Assembly (NCBI GenBank): GCA_013286835.1
Contig: JABDEZ010000001.1
Location: forward strand, 2,916 to 66,915
Length of the DNA stretch: 64,000 bases
Source: Bacteroidota bacterium
GTDB lineage: Bacteria > Bacteroidota > Bacteroidia > Chitinophagales > Chitinophagaceae
Direction of reading: 5' to 3'
The position numbers and the translations under genes were made by a program. Below the pieces are notes generated by a model. That model ran no database searches, was not told the origin of the DNA, and worked only from the letters and a program-made list of their open reading frames with translations. Below, piece after piece: positions 29,703 through 39,386 of the stretch. Positions within the stretch are counted from its first letter, which is position 1. Each line of letters opens with the position of its first letter.

Positions 29703-31118
29703 TCAGGCTGGTGTTATTAGTGCAGGCCCCGGAGGTATTTCACCAACGTCGTTCTTATTATTAGGGTCTTTGTGTTTATCGTCTTCCGCCAGTTCCATTA
29801 TATACTGATGTTTTAGGTAATCGTAAAACGAATGTTTACTTACCAGTGTAGCTGCCAGGCTGGCTATGGTACCCGCCAGCATGAGATGAAAAATAACATT
29901 GTGGCGATCCGTCATTTCGAGTACCAGTATGGCTGATGTAAATGGAGAACGTGTAACCCCTGTAAGAAAAGCTACCATACCTGCCAGTACCAACATATTT
30001 GTATTAGCGGCAGCAAGGTGCATAAGTCCTGCTATAAAGGATCCAATAGTGGCACCGGCACCCAGTGCAGGCGCAAAAATGCCACCCGCAGCTCCTGTAC
30101 TAAATGCAATTATGGGCCCAATGATCCGGAGCAATGGCAATTGCCAGCCGGCATACTTATCACTTGTAAAAAGTATGTGTGTCATCTGTTCCTTACCAGA
30201 CCCTAATATACCTTCGTTTAAAAAGTAAGCAGTTAAACTAACTACTGTGGCACATCCTAGTACAAAAAGAATATCGGCATACCTGCCCTTCAGGCTTTTT
30301 TTCCAGGCCATGAGGCCAAGTATCAGTTTGCTCATATAAGCACCTGCGAGGCCTGCTATTATTGCCACAAAAGCAACGGCAAAGAAGATGTAGCCAGAAA
30401 GATTATTTACATCAGGATAACCCAGGTAGAGGTAAGGGCCGAGCAACGCCTGGGCAGTGAGCCCGGCAATAATTACAGCCGTAAAGATGGCAGTTTTGAA
30501 AAAGCTGATGTGTGTTTTTGCGAGTTCCTCTACGGCAAAAACAATACCGCCCAAGGGAGTATTAAAAGCTGCGGCCAGACCCGCAGCAGCACCGGTCAGT
30601 ATCATATTCCTTTTAGATACTTTGGGCCAGGAAGCAGGTAGCCATTCATTGATTTTTCTAAATACAGTTCCCGCTATTTGTATGGTTGGTCCCTCACGAC
30701 CAACGGCCCCGCCACCAAAGATCATAAGCATACTGGACATTACCTTAATGACAATGACCTTAATATTGAGCAGCTTTTTTACCTTTTCGTTTTCTTTTGG
30801 ATTTGCCAGTTCTATAGCTGCCATAACCTGCGGTATGCCGCTGCCACGGGCATAGGGGCTAAAACGTTGTACCAAAAGCCTTGCAATAACGAAGCATACA
30901 GGAGTAACAATAAATATAAGCCACTTGTGTATGTGTAAAATAGATACCCCTAAATTTTCGGACCAGGCAAAAAGACGTGCATAGAATACTGCAAGAAGCC
31001 CGGTAACAAGGGAGGCGATCCAATATGGAAAAGCTTGCAACACGTGCATACGAAGCTTTTCATTTTTAAATTTGCCCGAAAGGTTCTTTAGCGCAGTAGT
31101 AACATTTTCCACATCCAT
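29703..31118 (-). CDS. ClC family chloride channel/antiporter
   Basis: 471 aa, polytopic, with the selectivity motifs GSGIPQ, GREGPTIQIAG and GGIFAPAL. There is no CBS domain. Confidence 0.85.
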   Translation of the reverse strand: MDVENVTTALKNLSGKFKNEKLRMHVLQAFPYWIASLVTGLLAVFYARLFAWSENLGVSILHIHKWLIFIVTPVCFVIARLLVQRFSPYARGSGIPQVMAAIELANPKENEKVKKLLNIKVIVIKVMSSMLMIFGGGAVGREGPTIQIAGTVFRKINEWLPASWPKVSKRNMILTGAAAGLAAAFNTPLGGIVFAVEELAKTHISFFKTAIFTAVIIAGLTAQALLGPYLYLGYPDVNNLSGYIFFAVAFVAIIAGLAGAYMSKLILGLMAWKKSLKGRYADILFVLGCATVVSLTAYFLNEGILGSGKEQMTHILFTSDKYAGWQLPLLRIIGPIIAFSTGAAGGIFAPALGAGATIGSFIAGLMHLAAANTNMLVLAGMVAFLTGVTRSPFTSAILVLEMTDRHNVIFHLMLAGTIASLAATLVSKHSFYDYLKHQYIMELAEDDKHKDPNNKNDVGEIPPGPALITPA

Positions 31119-31267
31119 TAAGATATCGGTATGCTTGTGACCATACCTGGAATTTTTGCAAAGTTACTATGCTAACATTGCCGAGCGATATTGTGTTTGT
31201 GAAATTTAACAGATATTATAAATCACGGGCATTAACTATTGCTAGTTAATAGATTGCGTAACCTTAT

Positions 31268-31303
31268 AAAAAATGGACACTCCGAATGGGTGTCCATTTT
31301 TGT
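31268..31303 (-). terminator. rho-independent terminator after the 2393-aa gene (symmetric A/T flanks, could act bidirectionally)
   Basis: aaatggacac (31271-31280) pairs with gtgtccattt (31290-31299). There is an A-run on the left and a T-run on the right. Confidence 0.75.
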
Positions 31304-31343
31304 ATCTGTATTATTTTATGAAATTTACCTGATCCGCATCATT

Positions 31344-34300
31344 CTACCATCCTGTCTTTACCAGTTTTTCTATTTTAATTGTTGTATTATTCTTGTCGTA
31401 AACCTTTAGCAAATAAATGGCATTGGGTAAAGAACTGATGTCTATTGTTTTTGCGTCTTCAACATAGATGAGTTGCTTACCATCCATACTGCTTAGCGAT
31501 ACATTTACTTTTTGAGGTGAACTTACATTTACAAATTGTATTGCAGGGTTAGGATATAATTTTACCTGCTCTGCCACGATGTTGTTGACTCCTGTATTTA
31601 AGTCATAAACAGGACTTGTTGCGGCGCAACCTGCCACATTGGTAACAGCTACGGTGTAGCCGCCACCTTCAAGTGGATTGATGCATGCGCCACTAGCACC
31701 CAATATTGGAACGCCATTTAAAAACCATTCGTAGGTGGTATAACCTAAAGCGCATAACTGATTACCTGTTGCAGTAATAACTGGGGTTGGTGTTGCAGCG
31801 GTAGCTACCCCAACCGGCGCTGTTGTGATACTACAGCCTGCAGCAGTTGTTATTTTTACATCATAGTAACCGCCCACAGTTGCACTGTAATAGGCAGCGG
31901 TGGCACCGTTGATGTTATTACTATCTAATTGCCATTGGTACAAGTAGCTAGGGTTCAGCGCTCCACGCATCAGTAATGAGCCCCCTGTACAGATCACTTT
32001 TGGCCCAAATACAACCATTGAATCTACAGGTAATAGGTTCACAGCCACAGGTATGGTTAAAGATGATATGGCACAACTACCATTAGATACTTTTACACTA
32101 TAGTTTCCACTGGCGTTTGCTGTATATGCTGCTGCTATGGCGCCAGTTATTTCAGTTCCGTTTTGCTGCCACTGGTAAGTATAGTTATTGCCAGTAGCAG
32201 CATTCAATAATACATTGCCAGGTTCACAAACTGTTGTTGGTCCAGCTGCTGTTGCTGTAGCAGTTGGTCCTGGCGTTAAGGTTACGGCAACTGCAGTATT
32301 GGTAGTAGAGCAGCCATTTAACGCAGTTACTTTAACTGCGTAGTTGCCTGCGGTAGTTGCAGTATAGGTTATGGCGGTGGCACCCGGTATTGGGGTTCCA
32401 TTTTGTTGCCATTGGAAAGAATATCCGCTGCCCGGGTTTGCATTAAATACAATGCTGTCGCCAATGCATATGGCTGGGTTTCCGCTGTATGTTACCAGTG
32501 CTGAAGGCGCTGGCAAGGTGCTTACCGGGAAAAGAGATGAAGTATTGCTGCAGCCTGCAGTATTGGTCACTTTTACAGAATAGTTGCCAACAAGCATTGC
32601 GGTATAGGTTTGGGTATTGCCAGCAAGTACCGCACCATTTAGTGAGTATTGGTAAGCGTAATTTGCAATAGTGCCTGAATCGGCAGTAAGTGTTACACTG
32701 CTTCCGGGACAGAAATATGCTGGCCCGCCACTACTGATAACTGCAGGGGGATACGGGTTTACAGTGACGTTTAGTACTGGTGTAGTGGCATTGCAAGTGC
32801 CATCTGATTCATATACAGTATAGGCACCAGCCAGGCGTGCTGTGTAGGATGTAGAATGGGCATTACTGATGAAGACACCATTCAACTTCCATGTATAGGT
32901 AACCCCCTGAGAAACGTTGGTATTAAGCAATACAGAATCGCCAATGCAGAGATTGGTTGATCCTGCAGGTGTGATGAGTGCAGCGGGTGCAGGCAGGTGG
33001 GTAACTACTACAGTGTTGGATGTAGTGGGACAATTGTAAATATTGGTGACCACGGCATTGTAGTTCCCTGCAGGATTGGCAAAGAACGTATCCATTATAG
33101 CACTTGGGATATTACTATTATTGAACTGCCACTGATATGTGAGCCCAGCGCCGGTATTAGCAATTATGCGTACTGAATCGGTAGGGCAGAACAATGGATT
33201 GGCAGCCGCAATAATAGATGCAAGCGGTGTAGGCCTTACTGTAATTGTATCTACCTGTGTCACCCCGGCACAACCATTTGCTGTTGGCGTTACTGAAATG
33301 AATGCACTAACAGGGACAGGATTTGTATTTGTTGCTATGAAACTGATGTTATTATTGCCAGCGCTGTTGAGGCCTATTGTAGTAGTATTATTGCCCCATG
33401 TGTAAGTGGTGCCGCTTACTGCGCTGTTAAATGTAATGGCTGCAGTAGTTGCGTTACATACAGACTGCGATACAGGTGCAGAAACGATTATAGGAGTAGG
33501 GTTTGCGGTTATGGTAGCTATCACCTTTGCGCCCGGACAACCATTTGCAATAGGTATAACACTAAGCGTATCCAGTATAGGTACGGTGCCATTGTTGATA
33601 GCGTTGACTGAGGCAATATTACCTGAGCCACTTGCTGCCAGGCCTATTGCTCTGTTATTGGTCCATGAATAGGTAGTGTTGTTAACACCGCCTGTAATAG
33701 TGATTGCACCAATTGGTGCGCCATTGCATACGGGTTGGCTGGCTGGTGTTACAATTGCATTAGGGGTAGGATTAACTGTTATAGTTGCGGTTTGTACAGC
33801 GCCACTACATCCATTTGCTATAGGTATCACTGCAATAGTAGCAATGACGGGTGTACTGCCTGTATTGGTGCCGGTGAATGTATTGATGTTGGTTGTGCCA
33901 CTTGCCGCCAACCCTATAGATGGTGCACTGTTTGTCCAGCTATAAGCGGTGCCGGATACTAATGAGCCACCGAAGGGAATTGGATTAACCGTTCCTCCGT
34001 TGCAAAGTACTTGCGGGTTGATTGCGTTTGCGAATGGAGTAGGATTTATAAGGATGGTATCAAGTTTAGCATTTCCGGTACAGCCATTAGCCGTTGGTGT
34101 AACTGTTATTATTGCAGTGGCCGGCACACTGCCACTATTACTGGCGGTAAATGCAGGTATGCTGCTACTGGTGCTGCTTGCTGCCAAGCCTGCAGACAGC
34201 AGGCTGTTGGTCCATGCGAATGCTGCACCACTAACATTGCTGGTAAATAATATAGTTTGGGTTGCAGTGTTGTTACATACTATTTGGTTGCTGGGGGTAG

Positions 34301-37300
34301 CAGTAACTGTAGGTATCGGGTTAACGGTGATGGTATCCGTTTGTACAGTACCACTGCATCCATTTGCAGTAGGTGTAACAGAAATGATTGAAGTAACAGG
34401 AGCATTGCCTGTATTGGTGCCTGTAAATGTATAAGTGTTGCCGGTTCCTGATGCTGCTAACCCTGTAGCGGTTGTATTGTTTGTCCATGCAATGTTGGCG
34501 TTGCTTACATTACTTGTAAATACGATAGCGCTTGCAGCAGAGCCATTACATACAGCCTGCTTTGTGGGCGTTGCTGTAACATTTGGTGTGGGGTTAACTG
34601 TAATGACAGCATTTTGCGATAGTCCTGTGCAACCATTAGCAACGGGGCTTACTGTAATAGTAGAAATGATAGGGACATTTGATGTATTGACAGCATTAAA
34701 AGCAGCGATGGGGTTATTGGTACCACTTGCTGCAAGGTTGATTGAAGGTTGGTTGTTGACCCAGTTGAAAAGAGTATTTGTTACGTTGCTTGTAAAGCTA
34801 ATGGGCAAGGTAGGCATGCCATTACATACTGGCTGACTTGGTTGGGATACAACAACTGTAGGAGTTGGATTCACAGTTATAGTTAGCGTGTAGGGTGTGC
34901 CCATGCATGAACCTGATATAGGGTTTACTGTAACAATGGATGTGATAGGACTGTTGCCAGTGTTGGTTCCCATAAAAGGTTGTATCGTATTGGTACCTGA
35001 TGCAGCAAGGTTGGTTGCTGTATTATTGTTCGTCCACAGGAACGTTGTTACTCCAATAGTGCTGGTAAAAGTAATTTGTTGGCTCATATTGCCATTGCAT
35101 ACTGGTTGAACAGGTGGCGATGCTGTTACAGTTGGCGATGGATTTACAGTTATAGTGTCATACTGAGTTGGACCAATACATCCACCCGCAGTAGGTATCA
35201 CCGTAATAACGGATGATATAGGTACAATGCCTGTATTTACAGCAGGAAAAGATCCAATGCTGGTGGTTCCTGTTGCTGCAAGTCCTGTGCTGGTATTGTT
35301 GTTAGTCCAGTTATAAGAAGTGTTGGTTATTGTGCTTGCGAAATTTATCGGTATTACTGCTGCTGTATTACATATTGTTTGAGAAGTGGGAGTTAGCGTA
35401 ATTCCCGGAGCTGGATTTACAGTAATAGTTGTTGATTGGTTTGCACCTGTGCATCCATTAGCTACGGGTGTTACTGTTATGGTTGCGGTTACAGGTGTAC
35501 TGCCGGTGTTGGCAGTAGTAAAAGCATTTATATTAGTTGCACCGCTTGCACCGAGGTTTATAGATGTGTTATTATTTACCCAGTTGTAAGCTGTTCCTGT
35601 TACCGGTCCTGTAAAGCTTATAGGTTGTGTAGTTGAGCCGACACACAACAATTGTGGTGCGGGGCTTATTGTAACTGCAGGCGTGGGTTTAACTATTATT
35701 TGTGCAGGCATTGCAGTACCTGGGCAGCCGTTGGCCGTTGGTGTTACGGTTATAGTTGCAGTATCTGCAGTTGTACCTGTATTAAGAGCGGTAAAGGTTG
35801 CTATAGGTAATGTTCCGTTAGCTGCAAGGCCTATGGAAGTTGTATTGTTTGCCCAGGCATAGGTAGTGCCGGCAACAGTAGGTGTAAAAGTTATTGCCGT
35901 TATGGGGTTGTTGTTGCAAATAGTTTGCGTTGCCGGATTTACTGTTACTGTTGGTATAGGGTTTACTGTTATGGTAGCTATTTGCACTGTGCCTGTGCAG
36001 CCATTAGCAGTAGGAACTACTGTGATGGTATCAAGTATAGGTGCGCTGGTAGGATTGAGTGCAGTAAATGAGTTGATATTAGTAGTGCCTGTTGCGCCGA
36101 GGCTAATACTTGTATTGTTATTTGTCCAGGCATAGTTGGTATTGATTATTGAGCTGGTAAAGTTGATGGGGATTGTTGTTCCGTTGGCGCAAACTGGCTG
36201 GCTGGTAGTAGAAATAGTTACCACAGGCGTTGGGTTAACCACAAAAGATGCAGCAGAGGTAACGGTACTATCTTTAGTTATTACTACTGCAGTGTATGTG
36301 CCTGCGGCAGATGGAGCCAGGGTGGTGCTGATGGTGTTTGTAAATTCCTGTACACGATTATTGCTTTGATCTACAACAAACAAATTGCCTGCAGCATCAA
36401 TAAACATGCCGGCGGGATGCGTCACCTGGGTAGGGCTTGCTACCGTAACACCTGTAGTAGATCCCGGTGCAAATTTCTGTATGCGGTTATTGAATTGGTC
36501 ACTCACATATAGGTTACCCAGGCCATCTACAAAAACCCCTACAGGGAAGTTGAGTTGTGTAGCCCCGGAACCGTTGCCCCCGGTACCAGCCACCGTTACC
36601 CCAGTCGTAGAGCCTGGTGCGAATTTCTGTACACGGCTATTGCTGGCATCGGCAACAAACAGATTGCCTGCATTGTCTATAAACAGATCAAACGGATTGG
36701 ATAATTGTGTAGCGCCTGCACCTGAGCCCCCTGTGCCCGCCACAGTTACACCTGTAGTGGATCCCCAGGAGAATTTTTGTACACGGTTATTATTTTGATC
36801 GGCAACGTATAGATTTCCAGCAGCATCTACAACTGCTGTTTGGGGGAAAGACAACTCTGTAGCTCCTGATCCTGCACTGCCTGTACCTGCTACGGTAACA
36901 CCGGTTGTTGATCCTGGTGCAAATTTCTGTATGCGGTTGTTTGCAGCATCTGCTACATATAGATTTCCCATACCATCTACGCAAATACCCGCAGGGTTAT
37001 AAAGTTGTGTGGCGCCAGAACCTGCAACACCTGTACCTGCAATAGTAACCCCGGTTGTAGAACCTGGTGCATATTTCAGTATGCGTTGGTTCGATTGGTC
37101 GCTAACGTACAGGTTCCCGCTCACATCGGTAAATGTAAATCTTGGCAGATAAAGCTGTGTAGCGCCCAGTCCGCTTCCGCCGGTTCCTGCAACTGTTATT
37201 GCGCTAGTGCTGTAGGAATTAGTGCTGGTCTGTACAGCAGTGCCGTTAAGGCTCCATATTATTTCTACTGGGTTAAATGTGCTGTTTAATGTAAGTGTGC

Positions 37301-38525
37301 TGCCGGAGCATGCTATTCCGGTAATAGTGGGTGTGATAGCAACATGTAAGGTGTTTGCTGTTGTAGTCACGGCACCGCATGTGCCGGTAACCACGCATTG
37401 GTAAGTATATCCATTCATGGCAGCCGTGGCTCCTGTTATGGATAGTGTATTGCTGGTTGTGCCACTATATGGGGCTGATGCAGGAACATTAGTATAGGCT
37501 CCCCCGGTGCTGTATTGCCATTGGTAGGTAAGTCCAAGGCCTATTGCATTGACAAAGAACGAGGTGTTATTCCCAACCCATATGTTTTTGTCGTATGATT
37601 GGTTAATCAATGTTGTGGAAGGGTTTACAATTATTGTATCTGTTTTGGCTGTACCACTTACCGACCCGGCAACCGGTGTAACTGTAATGATAGCTGTTAT
37701 TGGTGCGGTGGTAGTATTGGTAGCTGTAAATGAAATATTGCCAGAGCCGCTTGCCGCTAACCCAATGGCTGTGTTATTGTTTGTCCAGTTATAAACTGTA
37801 CCTGATGCGGGGGACCCGGAAAATGTTATCTGCGCTATAGGGGCATTATTACATACGGTTTGGCTGGTGGGCGATTCGGTGACGGTGGGATTGCTTACCG
37901 ATACGGCTGTACTTCCGTTAAACACTAAGCTTTTTACATACACATTTCTGCTGTTGGAATTTCCTCCTGACCCTGCGTATATGAACATCCTTATTTTCAT
38001 GGTGTGGCCACTACCACATGAAATAGATGTAAAAGTTATTGCTGGAGAGATAGTTGTTGTGCCACCACTGTTTATGCCTAACGCAGAACCAAAAGGAGTG
38101 AAGGTTGTGCCACCATCAAGCGCATATGAGAAGCTGATCATCGATTGATTACTACTTCCGCTTGTTTTTATTATTGCGGAATAAGAGGATAAGGTGAGAT
38201 CATAACCAGATGTGGGCGAAACTGGAAAATCCAGGTAATAACCACCTGCCTGATCTGCTGCTGTTGGCCAGGTTACTGTGCTTTGACATTCATAGCCGCT
38301 TGAACTGTAGTTGCCAGATGAAAATTCGGTGCCTGTAGTCATCGTTCCCACACTTATTGTACTCGCCCCCGCACCTCCTGCAGCGCCGTTCCCATTACTC
38401 GTCAATGCCCAAGTGGCGGTTATTGCTCCCTGTCCGTTGACATGTATAGCGCCGAACAAGAGTAAAATAGATATGGTGATGAACTTCAGTTTTGATAAGG
38501 GTGGAGTTTGTAATTTTTTGTTCAT
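31344..38525 (-). CDS. giant secreted surface protein: N-terminal domain, 6-bladed NHL propeller, 12 PKD-like repeats, 8 Ig-like repeats, T9SS C-terminal sorting domain
   Basis: 2393-aa ORF with a signal peptide (ISILLLFGAIHVNG/Q). It has six GNL[YF]V.D..N.R[IV]QKF blades. Twelve repeats have the pattern C..(N)..I.F....Y.W.NN.T.IGLAASG...F.A.N.G..P..A.ITV.P.ANGC.G. Eight repeats have the pattern Y.WQ.NG......Y.A...G.Y.V.V.N..GC. The terminal 75 aa (nt 31347-31571), KLYPNPA...LLKVYDKNNTTIKIEKLVKTGW, are T9SS CTD-like. Confidence 0.85.
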   Translation of the reverse strand: MNKKLQTPPLSKLKFITISILLLFGAIHVNGQGAITATWALTSNGNGAAGGAGASTISVGTMTTGTEFSSGNYSSSGYECQSTVTWPTAADQAGGYYLDFPVSPTSGYDLTLSSYSAIIKTSGSSNQSMISFSYALDGGTTFTPFGSALGINSGGTTTISPAITFTSISCGSGHTMKIRMFIYAGSGGNSNSRNVYVKSLVFNGSTAVSVSNPTVTESPTSQTVCNNAPIAQITFSGSPASGTVYNWTNNNTAIGLAASGSGNISFTATNTTTAPITAIITVTPVAGSVSGTAKTDTIIVNPSTTLINQSYDKNIWVGNNTSFFVNAIGLGLTYQWQYSTGGAYTNVPASAPYSGTTSNTLSITGATAAMNGYTYQCVVTGTCGAVTTTANTLHVAITPTITGIACSGSTLTLNSTFNPVEIIWSLNGTAVQTSTNSYSTSAITVAGTGGSGLGATQLYLPRFTFTDVSGNLYVSDQSNQRILKYAPGSTTGVTIAGTGVAGSGATQLYNPAGICVDGMGNLYVADAANNRIQKFAPGSTTGVTVAGTGSAGSGATELSFPQTAVVDAAGNLYVADQNNNRVQKFSWGSTTGVTVAGTGGSGAGATQLSNPFDLFIDNAGNLFVADASNSRVQKFAPGSTTGVTVAGTGGNGSGATQLNFPVGVFVDGLGNLYVSDQFNNRIQKFAPGSTTGVTVASPTQVTHPAGMFIDAAGNLFVVDQSNNRVQEFTNTISTTLAPSAAGTYTAVVITKDSTVTSAASFVVNPTPVVTISTTSQPVCANGTTIPINFTSSIINTNYAWTNNNTSISLGATGTTNINSFTALNPTSAPILDTITVVPTANGCTGTVQIATITVNPIPTVTVNPATQTICNNNPITAITFTPTVAGTTYAWANNTTSIGLAANGTLPIATFTALNTGTTADTATITVTPTANGCPGTAMPAQIIVKPTPAVTISPAPQLLCVGSTTQPISFTGPVTGTAYNWVNNNTSINLGASGATNINAFTTANTGSTPVTATITVTPVANGCTGANQSTTITVNPAPGITLTPTSQTICNTAAVIPINFASTITNTSYNWTNNNTSTGLAATGTTSIGSFPAVNTGIVPISSVITVIPTAGGCIGPTQYDTITVNPSPTVTASPPVQPVCNGNMSQQITFTSTIGVTTFLWTNNNTATNLAASGTNTIQPFMGTNTGNSPITSIVTVNPISGSCMGTPYTLTITVNPTPTVVVSQPSQPVCNGMPTLPISFTSNVTNTLFNWVNNQPSINLAASGTNNPIAAFNAVNTSNVPIISTITVSPVANGCTGLSQNAVITVNPTPNVTATPTKQAVCNGSAASAIVFTSNVSNANIAWTNNTTATGLAASGTGNTYTFTGTNTGNAPVTSIISVTPTANGCSGTVQTDTITVNPIPTVTATPSNQIVCNNTATQTILFTSNVSGAAFAWTNSLLSAGLAASSTSSSIPAFTASNSGSVPATAIITVTPTANGCTGNAKLDTILINPTPFANAINPQVLCNGGTVNPIPFGGSLVSGTAYSWTNSAPSIGLAASGTTNINTFTGTNTGSTPVIATIAVIPIANGCSGAVQTATITVNPTPNAIVTPASQPVCNGAPIGAITITGGVNNTTYSWTNNRAIGLAASGSGNIASVNAINNGTVPILDTLSVIPIANGCPGAKVIATITANPTPIIVSAPVSQSVCNATTAAITFNSAVSGTTYTWGNNTTTIGLNSAGNNNISFIATNTNPVPVSAFISVTPTANGCAGVTQVDTITVRPTPLASIIAAANPLFCPTDSVRIIANTGAGLTYQWQFNNSNIPSAIMDTFFANPAGNYNAVVTNIYNCPTTSNTVVVTHLPAPAALITPAGSTNLCIGDSVLLNTNVSQGVTYTWKLNGVFISNAHSTSYTARLAGAYTVYESDGTCNATTPVLNVTVNPYPPAVISSGGPAYFCPGSSVTLTADSGTIANYAYQYSLNGAVLAGNTQTYTAMLVGNYSVKVTNTAGCSNTSSLFPVSTLPAPSALVTYSGNPAICIGDSIVFNANPGSGYSFQWQQNGTPIPGATAITYTATTAGNYAVKVTALNGCSTTNTAVAVTLTPGPTATATAAGPTTVCEPGNVLLNAATGNNYTYQWQQNGTEITGAIAAAYTANASGNYSVKVSNGSCAISSLTIPVAVNLLPVDSMVVFGPKVICTGGSLLMRGALNPSYLYQWQLDSNNINGATAAYYSATVGGYYDVKITTAAGCSITTAPVGVATAATPTPVITATGNQLCALGYTTYEWFLNGVPILGASGACINPLEGGGYTVAVTNVAGCAATSPVYDLNTGVNNIVAEQVKLYPNPAIQFVNVSSPQKVNVSLSSMDGKQLIYVEDAKTIDISSLPNAIYLLKVYDKNNTTIKIEKLVKTGW
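33231..36239 (-). repeat. 11 tandem PKD-like repeats, period about 91 aa (273 bp), within the giant CDS
   Basis: The W(T/A/V/G)NN motif recurs at aa 800, 891, 982, 1073, 1164, 1255, 1347, 1438, 1530, 1621 and 1710. One more copy lies at aa 246, upstream of the NHL region. Confidence 0.8.
36339..37199 (-). repeat. six NHL-type beta-propeller blades (about 47 aa each) within the giant CDS
   Basis: aa 443-729. The repeated unit is APGSTTGVTVAGTG..GSGATQL..P.G...D..GNLYVADQ.NNR[IV]QKF. Confidence 0.8.
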
Positions 38526-38815
38526 AACTTCTTATTTGATAGATAGCGTACTGTTAATTATTTTCTATGTGTATGAATTTAATTTAAACAATCAGTTGGG
38601 TGAGTGATTACTCACTATTGCAAACGCAATAATAATTTTTTTTAATATAGAAATCGTTTTAGTGCACCTTATTATTTGTGCACACGTTGCCGATAACGAT
38701 TGCAAAGCTGGTTGATTTTTTGATGTATTTTAGTTGATGGCCAATATTGGATTGAAATAAACTATGTATATTTTTATTGTGCTTTTTAAGTGATCTAAAA
38801 ATTATAGAAGCTTAT

Positions 38816-39268
38816 ATGAACGAAAAAATAATGAGTGCCCGAAAGCGCATTGCAATAATAGCACATGATAAGAAAAAAGCTGAGCTTATAAAATGGGCAG
38901 TTGATAATAAGGGCATCTTAAGTGAACATATATTGTACGCTACAGGTACTACTGGCAAGTTGCTGGAGGATGCTTTGGAAATTGAAGTAACAAAACTGTT
39001 GAGTGGCCCATTGGGAGGAGATCAGCAGGTGGGCAGCCTTATAGCCCAGGGACAAATAGATATGATGATATTTTTCTGGGACCCTATGGAAAGCCAGGCA
39101 CATGACACAGATGTAAAAGCTCTGCTAAGGGTAGGAGCAGTGTGGAATATTCCAATTGCCTGCGATAGGTCAACAGCTGATTTTTTAGTTACTTCACCAT
39201 ATATGAAATCAAAGTATGTAAATGTATTGCCAGACTATGGCTCATATTTGAACAGAAAAATAAATTAA
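38816..39268 (+). CDS. mgsA: methylglyoxal synthase
   Basis: IAIIAHDKKK, ATGTTGKLL, LSGPLGGDQQVG and FFWDP...HDTDVKALLR are the conserved MgsA motifs. I prefer ATG 38816 over the listed upstream TTG 38777. ATG 38831 is also possible. Confidence 0.9.
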   Translation: MNEKIMSARKRIAIIAHDKKKAELIKWAVDNKGILSEHILYATGTTGKLLEDALEIEVTKLLSGPLGGDQQVGSLIAQGQIDMMIFFWDPMESQAHDTDVKALLRVGAVWNIPIACDRSTADFLVTSPYMKSKYVNVLPDYGSYLNRKIN

Positions 39269-39386
39269 TATCATTTTATTTTCCTAAATTCTTTTTTTTT
39301 TGTTGATTAAAATAAAAATTGGCTACATGTTTTTATTTAATTATGTATTGTTATATTTACATTGAATAAGATGAAAATATAATAAT

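Noticed and set aside
33139-36135. A series of 67-161-aa plus-strand ORFs (for example 33139-33405, 33406-33672, 33676-33945, 33949-34434, 35866-36135) encoding Val/Ala/Thr/Gly-rich hydrophobic peptides.
   Set aside because: They lie entirely antisense to the 2393-aa minus-strand gene. Their ORF boundaries roughly track the length of its ~273-bp repeat units, and their composition is what the reverse complement of Thr/Asn/Ala/Gly-rich codons gives. There is no independent start or promoter evidence.
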